Shown: positions 31,519 to 41,754 of the stretch, one piece after another | Layout of the letters: each line of letters starts with the position of its first letter | Position numbering within the stretch: the first letter of the stretch is position 1 | Assembly (NCBI GenBank): GCA_002412425.1 | Contig: DHVB01000021.1 | Span: forward strand, 61,195 to 125,194 | From: Bacteroidales bacterium UBA5219 | GTDB lineage: Bacteria > Bacteroidota > Bacteroidia > Bacteroidales > ML635J-15 | Length of the DNA stretch: 64,000 bases | Direction: 5' to 3' | Position numbers and translations under genes: made by a program | The notes under the pieces: generated by a model | Databases searched by the model: none | Told to the model about the DNA's origin: nothing | What the model saw: only the letters and a program-made list of their open reading frames with translations

Positions 31519-31648
31519 AATTCAAAATTTTCACAAAGATAAAAAAATTAAAATTATTGCATTAGCTTTATTATCATTGTTTCAAAACTATTAAATATAA
31601 AAACCTTTAGAAATTATGTTTTTAAGAAATTAATTTTAATTTTGTAGA

Positions 31649-32452
31649 ATGATTAGTTTTCCAAATAGTAAAATTAATATTGGATTGAATATCGTTTCAA
31701 AGCGTGACGATGGCTACCACAATATAGAAACGGTGTTTTATCCAATTCCTTATAAAGATATTTTGGAAATTCTTCCATCTCAAAAGCTTGAAGTAATTAA
31801 TTTAGGTAAAAAAATTGATTGCAAAATCGAAGACAATTTGTGTTATAAGGCTTATCAAATTTTAAATTCGGAATTTAATTTACCTCCTGTTAAAATTATT
31901 TTGTATAAAAACGTTGTTTTTGGAAGTGGCTTAGGTTCAGGTTCTTCCGATGCTGCTCATACTTTAATTTCGTTAAACAAATTATTTGATTTGAATTTAG
32001 ATGAAGAACAATTACAATTTTACGCATCTAAATTAGGAGCTGACTGTGCATTTTTTATTAAAAATAAAGCTGTTTTTGCACAAGGTTTAGGTAATGTGTT
32101 TTCGGAAATTTCTTTGGATTTGAGTGGAAAACATTTGATGTTATGCTTACCAGATGTGCATGTAAGTACAGCTTTGGCTTACAAGAACTGTAAGCCGAAT
32201 ATGCCAAGTCAAAGTCTTAAATCTTTGATTAGTTTGCCATTAGAGCAATGGAAGAACAATATTAAAAATGATTTTGAAGAGAATTTGTTTGTTCAATTCC
32301 CAAATTTGCAAAAAATAAAACATGAACTTTATCAAAAAGGAGCTATTTATGCTCAAATGTCGGGTTCAGGTTCAGCAATTTTTGGAATTTTTGATAGCTT
32401 GCCAAACTTAAATTTTAAAAATTGTGATGAAATAAAAACATTTATTTTATGA
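31649..32452 (+). CDS. ispE: 4-(cytidine 5'-diphospho)-2-C-methyl-D-erythritol kinase
   Basis: N-terminal PNSKINIGLNI...GYHNIETVF and GHMP-kinase motif GLGSGSSDAA. Confidence 0.88.
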   Translation: MISFPNSKINIGLNIVSKRDDGYHNIETVFYPIPYKDILEILPSQKLEVINLGKKIDCKIEDNLCYKAYQILNSEFNLPPVKIILYKNVVFGSGLGSGSSDAAHTLISLNKLFDLNLDEEQLQFYASKLGADCAFFIKNKAVFAQGLGNVFSEISLDLSGKHLMLCLPDVHVSTALAYKNCKPNMPSQSLKSLISLPLEQWKNNIKNDFEENLFVQFPNLQKIKHELYQKGAIYAQMSGSGSAIFGIFDSLPNLNFKNCDEIKTFIL

Positions 32453-32550
32453 TAAAGTTGATAAATTTTTATATTTTTGAAGATTTAAGGATTGATTTAT
32501 TGTAAGATGTTTAGGTAATAATTGAAATTAAGTTCTAAAATTTATTTATT

Positions 32551-33909
32551 ATGTCAAGTCAAAAAAGAGATGGTTTTACCAGTAAATTTGGAGTTATAGC
32601 TGCGGCGGCTGGTTCTGCAGTAGGTTTAGGAAACTTGTGGCGTTTCCCTTATATAACAGGTGAAAATGGCGGAGGTGCTTTTTTATTAGTTTATATTTTC
32701 TTTGTAGTTCTTATCGGCATTCCTGTGATGATGTCGGAGTTTGTTATCGGTAGGCGTTCTGGTTCTAATGCAATTGGTGCGTTTCGTAAACTTGCTCCAG
32801 GAACAGCATGGTGGCTTGTGGGTTTAATGGGAATTATTGCAGCTTTTGTAATTTTGGCGTTTTATGGCACAGTTGCTGGTTGGACTTTAGAATATATTAT
32901 TCAAGCTTTTCAAAATTCTTTTGTTGGCAAATCTCAAGCTGAGTTGAGCACTGATTTTAATAATTTTACAGCAAGCACTTTTCGTCCTCTATTTTGGCAA
33001 ATAGTAGTTATGATATTAACTGCAGCAATTGTTTTGCGTGGTGTGAGCAAGGGAATAGAAAAAGCAACTAAAATACTTATGCCTTTATTAATAGTTTTAA
33101 TACTTGTTGTTTGTATAAGAAGTATAACTTTGCCAGGATCTTCAAAAGGTTTGGAGTTTTTATTTAAGCCCGATTTTAGTAAACTTACATTTAAAGCTGT
33201 TTTAATGGCTTTAGGACAAGCAGCTTTCTCACTAAGTATAGGAATGGGGGCTTTAATTACTTATGGTTCGTATGTTAGAAAAGACACGCCTTTGTTAAGT
33301 ACTTCTATTAGTGTTGCCGTAGCAGACACTGTGATTGCTATTTTATGTGGTATTATGGTTTTTCCAGCTTTGTTTGCTTTAGGTGGAGAAAGTACTGGAG
33401 GACCTGGTTTAGTGTTTGTTACTTTGCCAGGAGTTTTTCAATCTATGCCAGGTGGTTATATTTTTGGAATTTTATTTTTTATTTTAGTATTTTTAGCTGC
33501 CATAACTAGCACAATTTCTCTTTTAGAAGTTGTTGTTGCATATTTTAAAGAAGATTTAAGAATTTCTAGATTTAAGGCAACAGTACTTGCAACTGTCGCT
33601 ATAACTGTTTTAGGAGTATTTTGTACTTTATCATTTGGAAAATTATCGCATATCAAGTTGTTTGATAAAACTATCTTTGGTTTAGCAGATTATGTGTCAG
33701 CAAATATTTTATTGACATTTGGAGCTTTATTTATAGTTATTTTTACAGGTTGGTATCTAGGAAAATCTAAATTTATTGAAGAAGTCAAATTAGGTTGTAA
33801 AGTTAATCCTATTGTTTTAAATGTAATTGTTTTTATAATTAAGTGGATAGCACCTGTTGCTATAGGAGCCATCGCTATAGGAACGTTTTTTATTGAAGGA
33901 TTAATGTAA
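32551..33909 (+). CDS. sodium-dependent transporter, SNF (neurotransmitter:sodium symporter) family
   Basis: GLGNLWRFPY signature. About 12 TM helices. Confidence 0.88.
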   Translation: MSSQKRDGFTSKFGVIAAAAGSAVGLGNLWRFPYITGENGGGAFLLVYIFFVVLIGIPVMMSEFVIGRRSGSNAIGAFRKLAPGTAWWLVGLMGIIAAFVILAFYGTVAGWTLEYIIQAFQNSFVGKSQAELSTDFNNFTASTFRPLFWQIVVMILTAAIVLRGVSKGIEKATKILMPLLIVLILVVCIRSITLPGSSKGLEFLFKPDFSKLTFKAVLMALGQAAFSLSIGMGALITYGSYVRKDTPLLSTSISVAVADTVIAILCGIMVFPALFALGGESTGGPGLVFVTLPGVFQSMPGGYIFGILFFILVFLAAITSTISLLEVVVAYFKEDLRISRFKATVLATVAITVLGVFCTLSFGKLSHIKLFDKTIFGLADYVSANILLTFGALFIVIFTGWYLGKSKFIEEVKLGCKVNPIVLNVIVFIIKWIAPVAIGAIAIGTFFIEGLM

Positions 33910-33914
33910 GTCTT

Positions 33915-35300
33915 ATGGATTTTGTAAATTCAATTTTAGAAGCTTATAATGAATATGTTGGCAGTTATGCTATTTTATTAGTATTAATTCCAACAGGTTT
34001 GTTTTTTACTTTTTATTTGAGGTTTTTACAAGTTTCTAAATTTGGACATGCTCTTAAAATTGTAGCAGGTAAATATTCAACTAAAAAAACTAAAGGTGAT
34101 GTTTCTTCTTTTAAAGCTTTAACCACGGCTTTATCTGCGACAGTAGGTACTGGCAATATTGTAGGAGTAGCTTTAGCAATTCATTGGGGAGGACCAGGGG
34201 CTGTATTTTGGCTTTGGGTAGTCGGTTTTCTTGGAATGATGATAAAATTAGTAGAATGTACTTTGGCGCAAAAATATAGAATAACTAATGCTGATGGATC
34301 TGTTTCTGGCGGACCAATGTATTATATGGAATATGGACTTAAAGATAAGTTGGGAAAATATGCAAAGTATCTTGCTTTGATTTTTGCTTTTGCTGCTGTT
34401 TTATGTTCTTTTGGGACTGGAAATTTAGCTCAAGCTCATTCTATTGCCGACTCTATGCATTCAAGTTATAATATTCCAGAATATGTAACAGGAATTATTA
34501 TAGTTCTTTTAGTTCTACTAATAATTGTAGGTGGTTTAAAAAGAATAGCAGATGTAACCGTTAGACTAGTACCAATAATGGCTGTGTTTTACTTTGTGTC
34601 TTCAATTATTGTTCTTATAGTTTTTTATAAATCTCTTCCAGGTGCTTTTAAAATGATTGTAACAGATGCTTTCACAGGGACTGCTGCTACTGGTGGATTT
34701 GCCGGAGCCGTTTTTATCAAAACTATAACAATGGGGGTTAAGCGAGGTTTATTTTCAAATGAAGCAGGTCAAGGGTCTGCACCTATGGCACACGCTGCTG
34801 CCAAAACAGAACATCCTGTGCAAGAAGGTTTAGTAGCTTCGTTAGAACCATTAGTTGATACTATAATTATTTGTTCATTAACAGCGTTAGTAATTGTTGT
34901 AACTGGAGCATGGACGGCAAATGATTCTGAAGGTGTGAATATGACAATATTAGGTTTCGAAAGGGGATTTGGCAAGATAGGATTAGGTTGGCTTGCAAAA
35001 CATATTGTAACTGTAGGATTGTTTTTATTTGCTTTTTCAACTATAATTGCATGGGCTTATTATGGCTCAAGAGCAATTCAATACTTGTGGGGCGACAAAG
35101 CAATTAAACCTTATTATTACGTTTTCAGTATAATTGTGTTTTTTGGTTGTATATGGGGAATTGATTTGGTGTGGAATTTTGTTGACACAGTAATTTCATT
35201 TATGACAATTCCTAATTTAATAGCTATATTGCTTCTAGCTCCTGTTATGAAAAAAGAAGTTAAAACTTATTTTGAGTATATTAAAAACTTTAAAAAGTGA
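33915..35300 (+). CDS. alanine/glycine:cation symporter (AGCS) family transporter
   Basis: ALSATVGTGNIVGVA, GGPGAVFWLW, FSNEAGQGSAP motifs. Confidence 0.88.
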   Translation: MDFVNSILEAYNEYVGSYAILLVLIPTGLFFTFYLRFLQVSKFGHALKIVAGKYSTKKTKGDVSSFKALTTALSATVGTGNIVGVALAIHWGGPGAVFWLWVVGFLGMMIKLVECTLAQKYRITNADGSVSGGPMYYMEYGLKDKLGKYAKYLALIFAFAAVLCSFGTGNLAQAHSIADSMHSSYNIPEYVTGIIIVLLVLLIIVGGLKRIADVTVRLVPIMAVFYFVSSIIVLIVFYKSLPGAFKMIVTDAFTGTAATGGFAGAVFIKTITMGVKRGLFSNEAGQGSAPMAHAAAKTEHPVQEGLVASLEPLVDTIIICSLTALVIVVTGAWTANDSEGVNMTILGFERGFGKIGLGWLAKHIVTVGLFLFAFSTIIAWAYYGSRAIQYLWGDKAIKPYYYVFSIIVFFGCIWGIDLVWNFVDTVISFMTIPNLIAILLLAPVMKKEVKTYFEYIKNFKK

Positions 35301-36412
35301 AGTCTTTTTGGTCAAAATTTGTAAAAGAATATTTTAATTTCTCAAAACGAGAAACTAATGGAATTTTGTTTTTAACTATTATTATGGTTATAATCATTGG
35401 ATTACGCGTATATTTTAATAATTATGCAAAACCAAAAAAACTCGATTTTACTGAATATGAAAATGAAATTGATGATTTTTTAGCTTATTCTTTACCAGAT
35501 TTAGAAAATGGAGAAAGATTTGATTTTGACCCAAATATTGTTTCCAGAGAAGAGCTTCTTTTTATGGGTTTATCTCGAAAAACCGTTGATGGAATAATAT
35601 CATATCAAGAAAGAGGTTATAAGTTTTGGAAAGCTGAAGATTTGAAAAAAGTTTATAGCATTACAAACGATGAATATGAAGCAATTAAAGATTATGTGAA
35701 AATCGAATCAAAATCACATAATTATAAAAACTCTTACAAAAATTATTATAAAAAATTTGATAAGCCTTCTGAAATTAGATTATTTAATTTTGACCCAAAT
35801 ACTTCAAGTTATGATGAGTTAAAAACCCTAGGATTTTCAAATTTTCAAGCAAATAATATTATTAATTATCGTAATAAAGGAGGAAAGTTCTATACTGCCG
35901 AAGATTTACTAAAATTGTATTCTATCGATAGTGTTTGTTTTCAAAGAGTAGAAGCCTATGTTAAAATTGATGATAACCTTAAAGAAGATTTAGTTAAATC
36001 TGATAATAATTATATTAAAATTTTTATTAATTCTGCTGATGTTCTTGAATTTCAAAAATTAAAGGGAATAGGTGAGGTGTTTTCAAAACGTATAGTAAAC
36101 TATAGAGAGAAATTAGGAGGTTTTATTTCTAAAGAACAAATTAGAGAGGTTTATGGAATCTCAAATGAACTTTATCAAAGCATCGAATCTCAATTAGTTT
36201 TAGATGAAAGTGAGATAAGGAAAATAAATATTAACAAAGCTGATTATGCTGAGTTAATTTCACATCCATATATTGACAAGGAAATTACTTTACTAATTTT
36301 GAATTATCGAGAATTTAAAGGAGAAATTAACAGTTACGATGAATTACTTTCGCAAAAGGCATTGACAAAAAATTCTTTAGAGAAAATTAAACCTTACATA
36401 AGTTTAAAATAA
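35297..36412 (+). CDS. membrane-anchored protein with four ComEA-type helix-hairpin-helix repeats
   Basis: GTG start overlapping the upstream stop. N-terminal TM helix. Four ~60-aa repeats of the form FDPN..S.EEL..LG......I..YR...G.F....DL..V..I, as in the ComEA DNA-binding domain. Confidence 0.7.
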   Translation: MKSFWSKFVKEYFNFSKRETNGILFLTIIMVIIIGLRVYFNNYAKPKKLDFTEYENEIDDFLAYSLPDLENGERFDFDPNIVSREELLFMGLSRKTVDGIISYQERGYKFWKAEDLKKVYSITNDEYEAIKDYVKIESKSHNYKNSYKNYYKKFDKPSEIRLFNFDPNTSSYDELKTLGFSNFQANNIINYRNKGGKFYTAEDLLKLYSIDSVCFQRVEAYVKIDDNLKEDLVKSDNNYIKIFINSADVLEFQKLKGIGEVFSKRIVNYREKLGGFISKEQIREVYGISNELYQSIESQLVLDESEIRKININKADYAELISHPYIDKEITLLILNYREFKGEINSYDELLSQKALTKNSLEKIKPYISLK

Positions 36413-36418
36413 AAAAAA

Positions 36419-36439
36419 CCGACAAAAGTCGGTTTTTTT
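36419..36439. terminator. bidirectional rho-independent terminator
   Basis: aaaaaaaa-CCGAC-aaaa-GTCGG-ttttttt between convergent genes ending at 36412 (+) and 36462 (-). Confidence 0.75.
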
Positions 36440-36461
36440 ATCATTTATATTTATTAAATTT

Positions 36462-37577
36462 TTACAAACTTACTCTAGCTCCAAAAGTATGAACACCTTG
36501 GAAAGGATTTGTAAATCTGTAAGAGTAATCAATAGCAAGTACAGATTTATTTTCTTTATTTATTGGAACTTGTAGTGTTAAACCAGCAGTTGGACCAGTA
36601 AATACAGTAGCTCTGTTTTCAGGATTAGGATCTAGCATTCCTTTTTGATACATGTAACCACCTCTAAGGAAGAATAAATCTTTAAATCCATATTCTAAAC
36701 CAGCATGGAATTGGTCTTTTTCATATGAGTTTGCAGTAAAGTTTGCTGCAATAACTAAGTTGTGGTCTGATTTAACTGTATTGTCAAATTCATCAACTTT
36801 TGCTGCTAATCTTATTGAATAAGAGAATCCAATTTTAATTAATGCTGGTAATTCAAACTCTTGACTTCTATTTTCAACAGTCATATTTGTACCATTTTGA
36901 GAAAATCCCATAAAACTCATACCGTCTCCGGTAAATTTCATTGTACTTCCCACATTTTTCATGGTAATACCAAATTTAAGATTATCTCTATTTCTGTTTC
37001 TAGCTTTATCTCTACCAAAGCCGGTAACATATTGTATTCCTGCGTCAATTGCAAAGCCAGAGGCGTTTAAGTTAAAAATACTTTCGTTGAGCAATTTTAC
37101 TGTAACACCACCATATATACTGTTAGAGAACTCGCGAGCATATGATAATCCTATTGTTGTATAAGTTGGGGAATAAGTACCAACACCACCTTCTGGAAGT
37201 GCATCTGTGGTTATTTCAATATCACCCCAATTTATGTTCATTACACTCAGACCAATAACACCAGTTTCTCCTACTTTCGTAGCAAAACCACCATTATTAA
37301 TTACTACACCCGAACCCACTAACCATTGTGTATTAGTGAAAACTAATTCTGTTCTACGAGTCATAGCTAGACCTGCTATATTTTGGTACATTGCTTCAAC
37401 GCCTGTAACACAAGCTACGTTAGCGTCTCCCCAACCAGAACTACGCGCCCATGGATTTATTTGTAATTCCGAAGCTCCGTTAGATGCTGCACGTTGTTCG
37501 TTTCCTGCATATACAGCAGTATTTAAAAAACCTGCTACTAAAATTGTCAGAACTGATATTAAATATATATTTTTCAT
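36462..37577 (-). CDS. PorV/PorQ-like outer-membrane beta-barrel protein
   Basis: Signal peptide. N-terminal ELQINPWARSSGWGDANVA...YQNIAGLA resembles the PorV/LptO N-terminal pattern. Alternating beta-strand sequence throughout, 371 aa. A FadL-like barrel cannot be excluded without a profile search. Confidence 0.55.
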   Translation of the reverse strand: MKNIYLISVLTILVAGFLNTAVYAGNEQRAASNGASELQINPWARSSGWGDANVACVTGVEAMYQNIAGLAMTRRTELVFTNTQWLVGSGVVINNGGFATKVGETGVIGLSVMNINWGDIEITTDALPEGGVGTYSPTYTTIGLSYAREFSNSIYGGVTVKLLNESIFNLNASGFAIDAGIQYVTGFGRDKARNRNRDNLKFGITMKNVGSTMKFTGDGMSFMGFSQNGTNMTVENRSQEFELPALIKIGFSYSIRLAAKVDEFDNTVKSDHNLVIAANFTANSYEKDQFHAGLEYGFKDLFFLRGGYMYQKGMLDPNPENRATVFTGPTAGLTLQVPINKENKSVLAIDYSYRFTNPFQGVHTFGARVSL

Positions 37578-37605
37578 ATTACTTTATTTATTATATTTTA
37601 ATATT

Positions 37606-40600
37606 TTAGAAATTATTTAAATCTATTGGACGTAAAGCACCAAACCATTTAACAACTTTTTCTCCAATTCCTGGTGCATCAACATGTACAATATATACTC
37701 CGCTAGCTATAGAAATACCATAAGTATTTTTCATATCCCATTCTAGGAATGGATCTGTATTGTCTTTCTCTAATTTTCTTACAAGTACGCCAGCAGAGTT
37801 GTAAATAGAAACTACACAACGTTGTGGTAAATTTGTAATTCTTACGTAGTTATCTAATTGGTTATGTTCGTAATATGACGAGCCATAATATGGATTAGGT
37901 ACTACTCGAATTAAGTCAAGAGCATTTACAGCTGTTTCGTTGTGATTTTTAATAGTTTGAATATCTTTTGTTGTAAATGAAAAGTATGGATAGTTATCAT
38001 TTACAGGATTGTCAACAGCAAAATTGTTTAAACCTTTGTGATAAGGAGTACCAACTCTAAGTTTAATTCTAACATCTGTTGCTAAGAAATCAAAATTAGG
38101 ATTAGCTAAAGGTATAGCTACCCACATCGCCGAAGCCCATGCTCTATTTAAAATAATAGAGTTATTTGTTTGTTCAAATTCTATCAACTTGTTGTAAAAC
38201 CATTGACAAGAATCGTATGCAGGGCAGTTGTTAGCTGCATTTGCTTGTTGATTTGTTCCTAAAATATAGATATAGTGTTTTCCACCAAATATTGGACCTC
38301 TTTCAGAATTAATTCCAAATGTTGGATTCCATATCATATCTGCGCCGTTATCGCCAGTTAACCAAGAATCTTCTCCAAATACAATATTCAAACGGCTACC
38401 TGTTCTATGGTCAATTGCATAACCAGGGAACCAGCTTAAACCATAAGTACCATCATTTAGAGGTTTTCCTTCCTTATCAACAGAAGGAGATTTTCTTAGT
38501 GTAAATTTTAAAGCATTCCCTACAGATAAGTAGTTTACTTTAGGTAATACTTCTTGATAGAATCCACAATCATCTTCTCTCCATTCATTTTCATGCATTT
38601 CTACAACACATGCTCTTGTCCATTTTGATTTATCACTAGTTATAACTATATCGACGCTGGATAATGGTTCTGTTCTTCCAATATTAATGTTTGAATGAGA
38701 GCCATTTAATGATACACCATATCGTCCAGAATGAGTAATGAAATATGGAGCCCAAGTACCGCCAAGAATTTTTCCAAAATGTTTGTCATCATCATAACCT
38801 ACTTTATCGTTATAAGATTTATCAATACAATCGCCAAATTGTACTGGGTTTGTATAACTTCCTGCTCTAATCCAGTTAAATGCGTCAAAATTATCTCCAT
38901 CAGGTAAGAAAACTAACCATGGTTTAGTTTCATCTTCGAAGATTAATTCAGCATCTAAGAATCCATTATGATAAGTATTTTTGTCTTCTAAGAGAGCAAA
39001 GTTGTCTTGAGAGATTGTAACAGAAATACCCAAGTCCATTAGTAATTGTTCATCGCCAATACCGTATTTTACATCTACATCAGAATTAATAACTTTATCG
39101 CCATAAGAAATTGTGTATCCAAATGGTTCAAAATTACTTGGAGATAATTCAGATTTTGTTGTTCCAATAAATCCAAAAGCGTGGGTAAGGGCATCTTGGT
39201 TAAATTTCAAATAATAAGTGCCTTCAGGTACGTTAAGAGGATCAATAACTTTTACGTTGATAGGACCTTTACCGTTTTTGTAAACTCTTTTTGAAACTTT
39301 CCATGGATAACCACTCATAATTTCATCAATAGTTTCATCTGTTAATTCAATTATATTATTTGCGTTTCCATGTCCTTCGTACATTGTTATTTGTAAACCT
39401 TCGCCATATTCACTTTGCATAATTGTTCCACTATTATCAGCATCGTTCATATGTGGTATTGCAACATACTTTTTAATATTATTTCTACCTGCTAAATATG
39501 GTTTCTTTTGTCCATTAAATGTTTCTTGAATTGATTGGTTATAAAGCATAGAATTGTTATAACCATAAGCAAGAGCACTAAAATAATATTCTCTATTATT
39601 TATTAATTTAGGGTCACCAGTAGCAAACACGTCTTTATCAATAACAAATGTATGTTTAATACCTACATTTTGACCGTTAACTTCTTCTACTGGAATGTTT
39701 GCTCTTAATTCGTCAGACCAAGTATAGTTTACAATTTGAGACACATCGTCTTTAATATCGCATTGGAATATTGTTCTAACTTTGTCATTATTATATCTAT
39801 CAGAAATACTTACAGATCTATCTCTATATTGGAAAACTTGATAACCTTGGAAACGATAATATTCATCACAAGGAACTATATCAGGGTGACAAACAATAGC
39901 TGGATCCTTTTCTACGTAAGCTTCTAGGTAGTTATTGCTACCAGGTCTATTATAAATGTGGAAAATAAGTTTTTTGTCTAATTCAATAATTTTTAATTCA
40001 GGAGCATCTGGTCCGTCTAATACGCGGAAACAGTTTTCAAACAATAATTGAGCTTTATCGTCAGCTCTACGAACAGCTTCTACTGATGCCCAAGGACCTC
40101 CAGAAGCAGCTCTAGCATAAACAGCTCCGATAGTAATATCATTAATAGCTCCTGGTTTTAGAGTAAAAGGACCAGCAGATTGAACAAAACGTCTATCATC
40201 TGGAGGATTGTTTTCTGTTTCTTCAGACCAAGGTTCGTTTTGTGGCACACCACCTAATCCCCAACCACATGGGTCTGTTGTTGGATTACCAGGGAACATA
40301 AAGTTTGTTGGTTTATTTGGATCACCACCACCTGATTTATGTCCAGTTCCGCCATAGCAAAGAGGTGAGTTATCTAACCAATATCCAGTTAGGTAATTAT
40401 AGTGTTCTTGTGCTGTATGAGGGTCTTGTGTATATGGGTTACCACCTGTATTATTATTGAAATATAAGAAACGTCTCATACCCCATCTTTCATTGTCAAC
40501 TTCACCATCTTGGAAGTTTAAGCCGTTGATATTACCGTTCATAATATCTCCTTTAGCACAATTTAAGATTTTTATACCATTAATTGTATCATATGAAGTA

Positions 40601-41724
40601 GAGTTATCTTTTCCATCAGGGTCTTGATATGGACCTTCAAAGAAGTCAATACCGATTGCCGGAGGTTGAGAGCCGTATCCAGTTTGTCCACTTGCAGATT
40701 CGTCCATGTCATCTCCATTATACATATATCCTAAACCACGCTGTACGTCGCAACCAGTATAGTCATCTTGAGCATATCCTAAGTCAGCATCTGTCCAAAC
40801 ACCAAAATAAGTGTCTGTTAAAATATAGGTAGAGCGGTTTATGATATTATAGTTTGCAAAAGTCATATCATTAAGCTCGTCATTTGTTGCAAATGCAAAA
40901 TATTGAGCTCTAAATTCCATACCAATTGCTGCACCACCAGTTTCGGTATGAATATTTCCTTTGTCATTATAAACCCACCATAAAGTATGGTCACCAAATA
41001 ACCTGGACGCTTGTCCACGTGGACGATGACAGTCAGGGTCGTTTGTAATTCCTTCGCCTGGGAATTCATAATATGGAAAATCACCATTTAACGGATTGTA
41101 AACACCGTCACCATCAACGTCCCACCATGGTGCTAGGTTATGTGCATAACCTCCCTCAGGACCATGTGCGGGCCAATTTAATATGATATCAGGAATTTGA
41201 TAATTTGGGAAATCTGCACTTTCATCACATTCTGGATTTTGTGTACATTTCCACCATTCTCTAAATTCTCTAACCATTTCTTTTGTAATTACAAAATGTC
41301 TATCATATTTTGTACAAATTTCTGGACTAACATATGCTAAACCATCTGTTGTTAAAGGTCCAGGCCAATAATCAATACCATCTTGGCGGAATCGCTGAGC
41401 CGCAAGTTTTAATTGTCCGTTGGCATCTTTACCTCCAACCCAAATCGCACCAGCAAATAATGCATGACAACCGCTACCTACAGGAACTTCATAAGCAGCT
41501 TTTCTAGTTCCAAAAATATCCCACCACATGTCACCGCCAGTATAGATCAATGTTCTAACGTTATTAATAGCTATTTCAGTAGATGCTTTGGCTGGTTCAC
41601 AACCTGCAACAGCTCTATCTATTTTATGAGGAGGTCTTGGTTCACCTTTCCATTTATCTGCTAGCATTATATTAGAAATTGCTATCAGAACAGCTAAAAT
41701 TAGTATTTTTCTAAGATTTTTCAT
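37606..41724 (-). CDS. 1372-aa secreted protein of unknown function with T9SS-like C-terminal beta-sandwich domain
   Basis: Signal peptide MKNLRKILILAVLIAISNIMLA. W/G/D/N/P-rich body with a DVDGDGVYNP Ca-binding-like motif. C-terminal VPNPYYG...SIYNSAGVLVRKL...GVYIVHV segment. The ORF is clearly real because of its length; the function is unknown. Confidence 0.6.
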   Translation of the reverse strand: MKNLRKILILAVLIAISNIMLADKWKGEPRPPHKIDRAVAGCEPAKASTEIAINNVRTLIYTGGDMWWDIFGTRKAAYEVPVGSGCHALFAGAIWVGGKDANGQLKLAAQRFRQDGIDYWPGPLTTDGLAYVSPEICTKYDRHFVITKEMVREFREWWKCTQNPECDESADFPNYQIPDIILNWPAHGPEGGYAHNLAPWWDVDGDGVYNPLNGDFPYYEFPGEGITNDPDCHRPRGQASRLFGDHTLWWVYNDKGNIHTETGGAAIGMEFRAQYFAFATNDELNDMTFANYNIINRSTYILTDTYFGVWTDADLGYAQDDYTGCDVQRGLGYMYNGDDMDESASGQTGYGSQPPAIGIDFFEGPYQDPDGKDNSTSYDTINGIKILNCAKGDIMNGNINGLNFQDGEVDNERWGMRRFLYFNNNTGGNPYTQDPHTAQEHYNYLTGYWLDNSPLCYGGTGHKSGGGDPNKPTNFMFPGNPTTDPCGWGLGGVPQNEPWSEETENNPPDDRRFVQSAGPFTLKPGAINDITIGAVYARAASGGPWASVEAVRRADDKAQLLFENCFRVLDGPDAPELKIIELDKKLIFHIYNRPGSNNYLEAYVEKDPAIVCHPDIVPCDEYYRFQGYQVFQYRDRSVSISDRYNNDKVRTIFQCDIKDDVSQIVNYTWSDELRANIPVEEVNGQNVGIKHTFVIDKDVFATGDPKLINNREYYFSALAYGYNNSMLYNQSIQETFNGQKKPYLAGRNNIKKYVAIPHMNDADNSGTIMQSEYGEGLQITMYEGHGNANNIIELTDETIDEIMSGYPWKVSKRVYKNGKGPINVKVIDPLNVPEGTYYLKFNQDALTHAFGFIGTTKSELSPSNFEPFGYTISYGDKVINSDVDVKYGIGDEQLLMDLGISVTISQDNFALLEDKNTYHNGFLDAELIFEDETKPWLVFLPDGDNFDAFNWIRAGSYTNPVQFGDCIDKSYNDKVGYDDDKHFGKILGGTWAPYFITHSGRYGVSLNGSHSNINIGRTEPLSSVDIVITSDKSKWTRACVVEMHENEWREDDCGFYQEVLPKVNYLSVGNALKFTLRKSPSVDKEGKPLNDGTYGLSWFPGYAIDHRTGSRLNIVFGEDSWLTGDNGADMIWNPTFGINSERGPIFGGKHYIYILGTNQQANAANNCPAYDSCQWFYNKLIEFEQTNNSIILNRAWASAMWVAIPLANPNFDFLATDVRIKLRVGTPYHKGLNNFAVDNPVNDNYPYFSFTTKDIQTIKNHNETAVNALDLIRVVPNPYYGSSYYEHNQLDNYVRITNLPQRCVVSIYNSAGVLVRKLEKDNTDPFLEWDMKNTYGISIASGVYIVHVDAPGIGEKVVKWFGALRPIDLNNF

Positions 41725-41754
41725 ATCTATTATTTATAATCTAAAATTTAATAA

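Noticed and set aside
31637-31644. Perfect TAnnTTTG box (TAATTTTG) upstream of ispE.
   Set aside because: It ends only 4 nt before the ATG. A transcript starting about 7 nt downstream would lack the start codon, so the match is probably a chance one in AT-rich DNA.
37207-37620. Long antisense ORFs in the track: 37207-37620, 60836-61393, 62570-63196, 25533-25940, 8218-8517 and 14585-14893, plus the many 60-100-aa ones.
   Set aside because: Each lies wholly inside a longer, motif-supported gene on the opposite strand. Their low-complexity S/F/L/K-rich translations are typical of shadow ORFs in AT-rich DNA.
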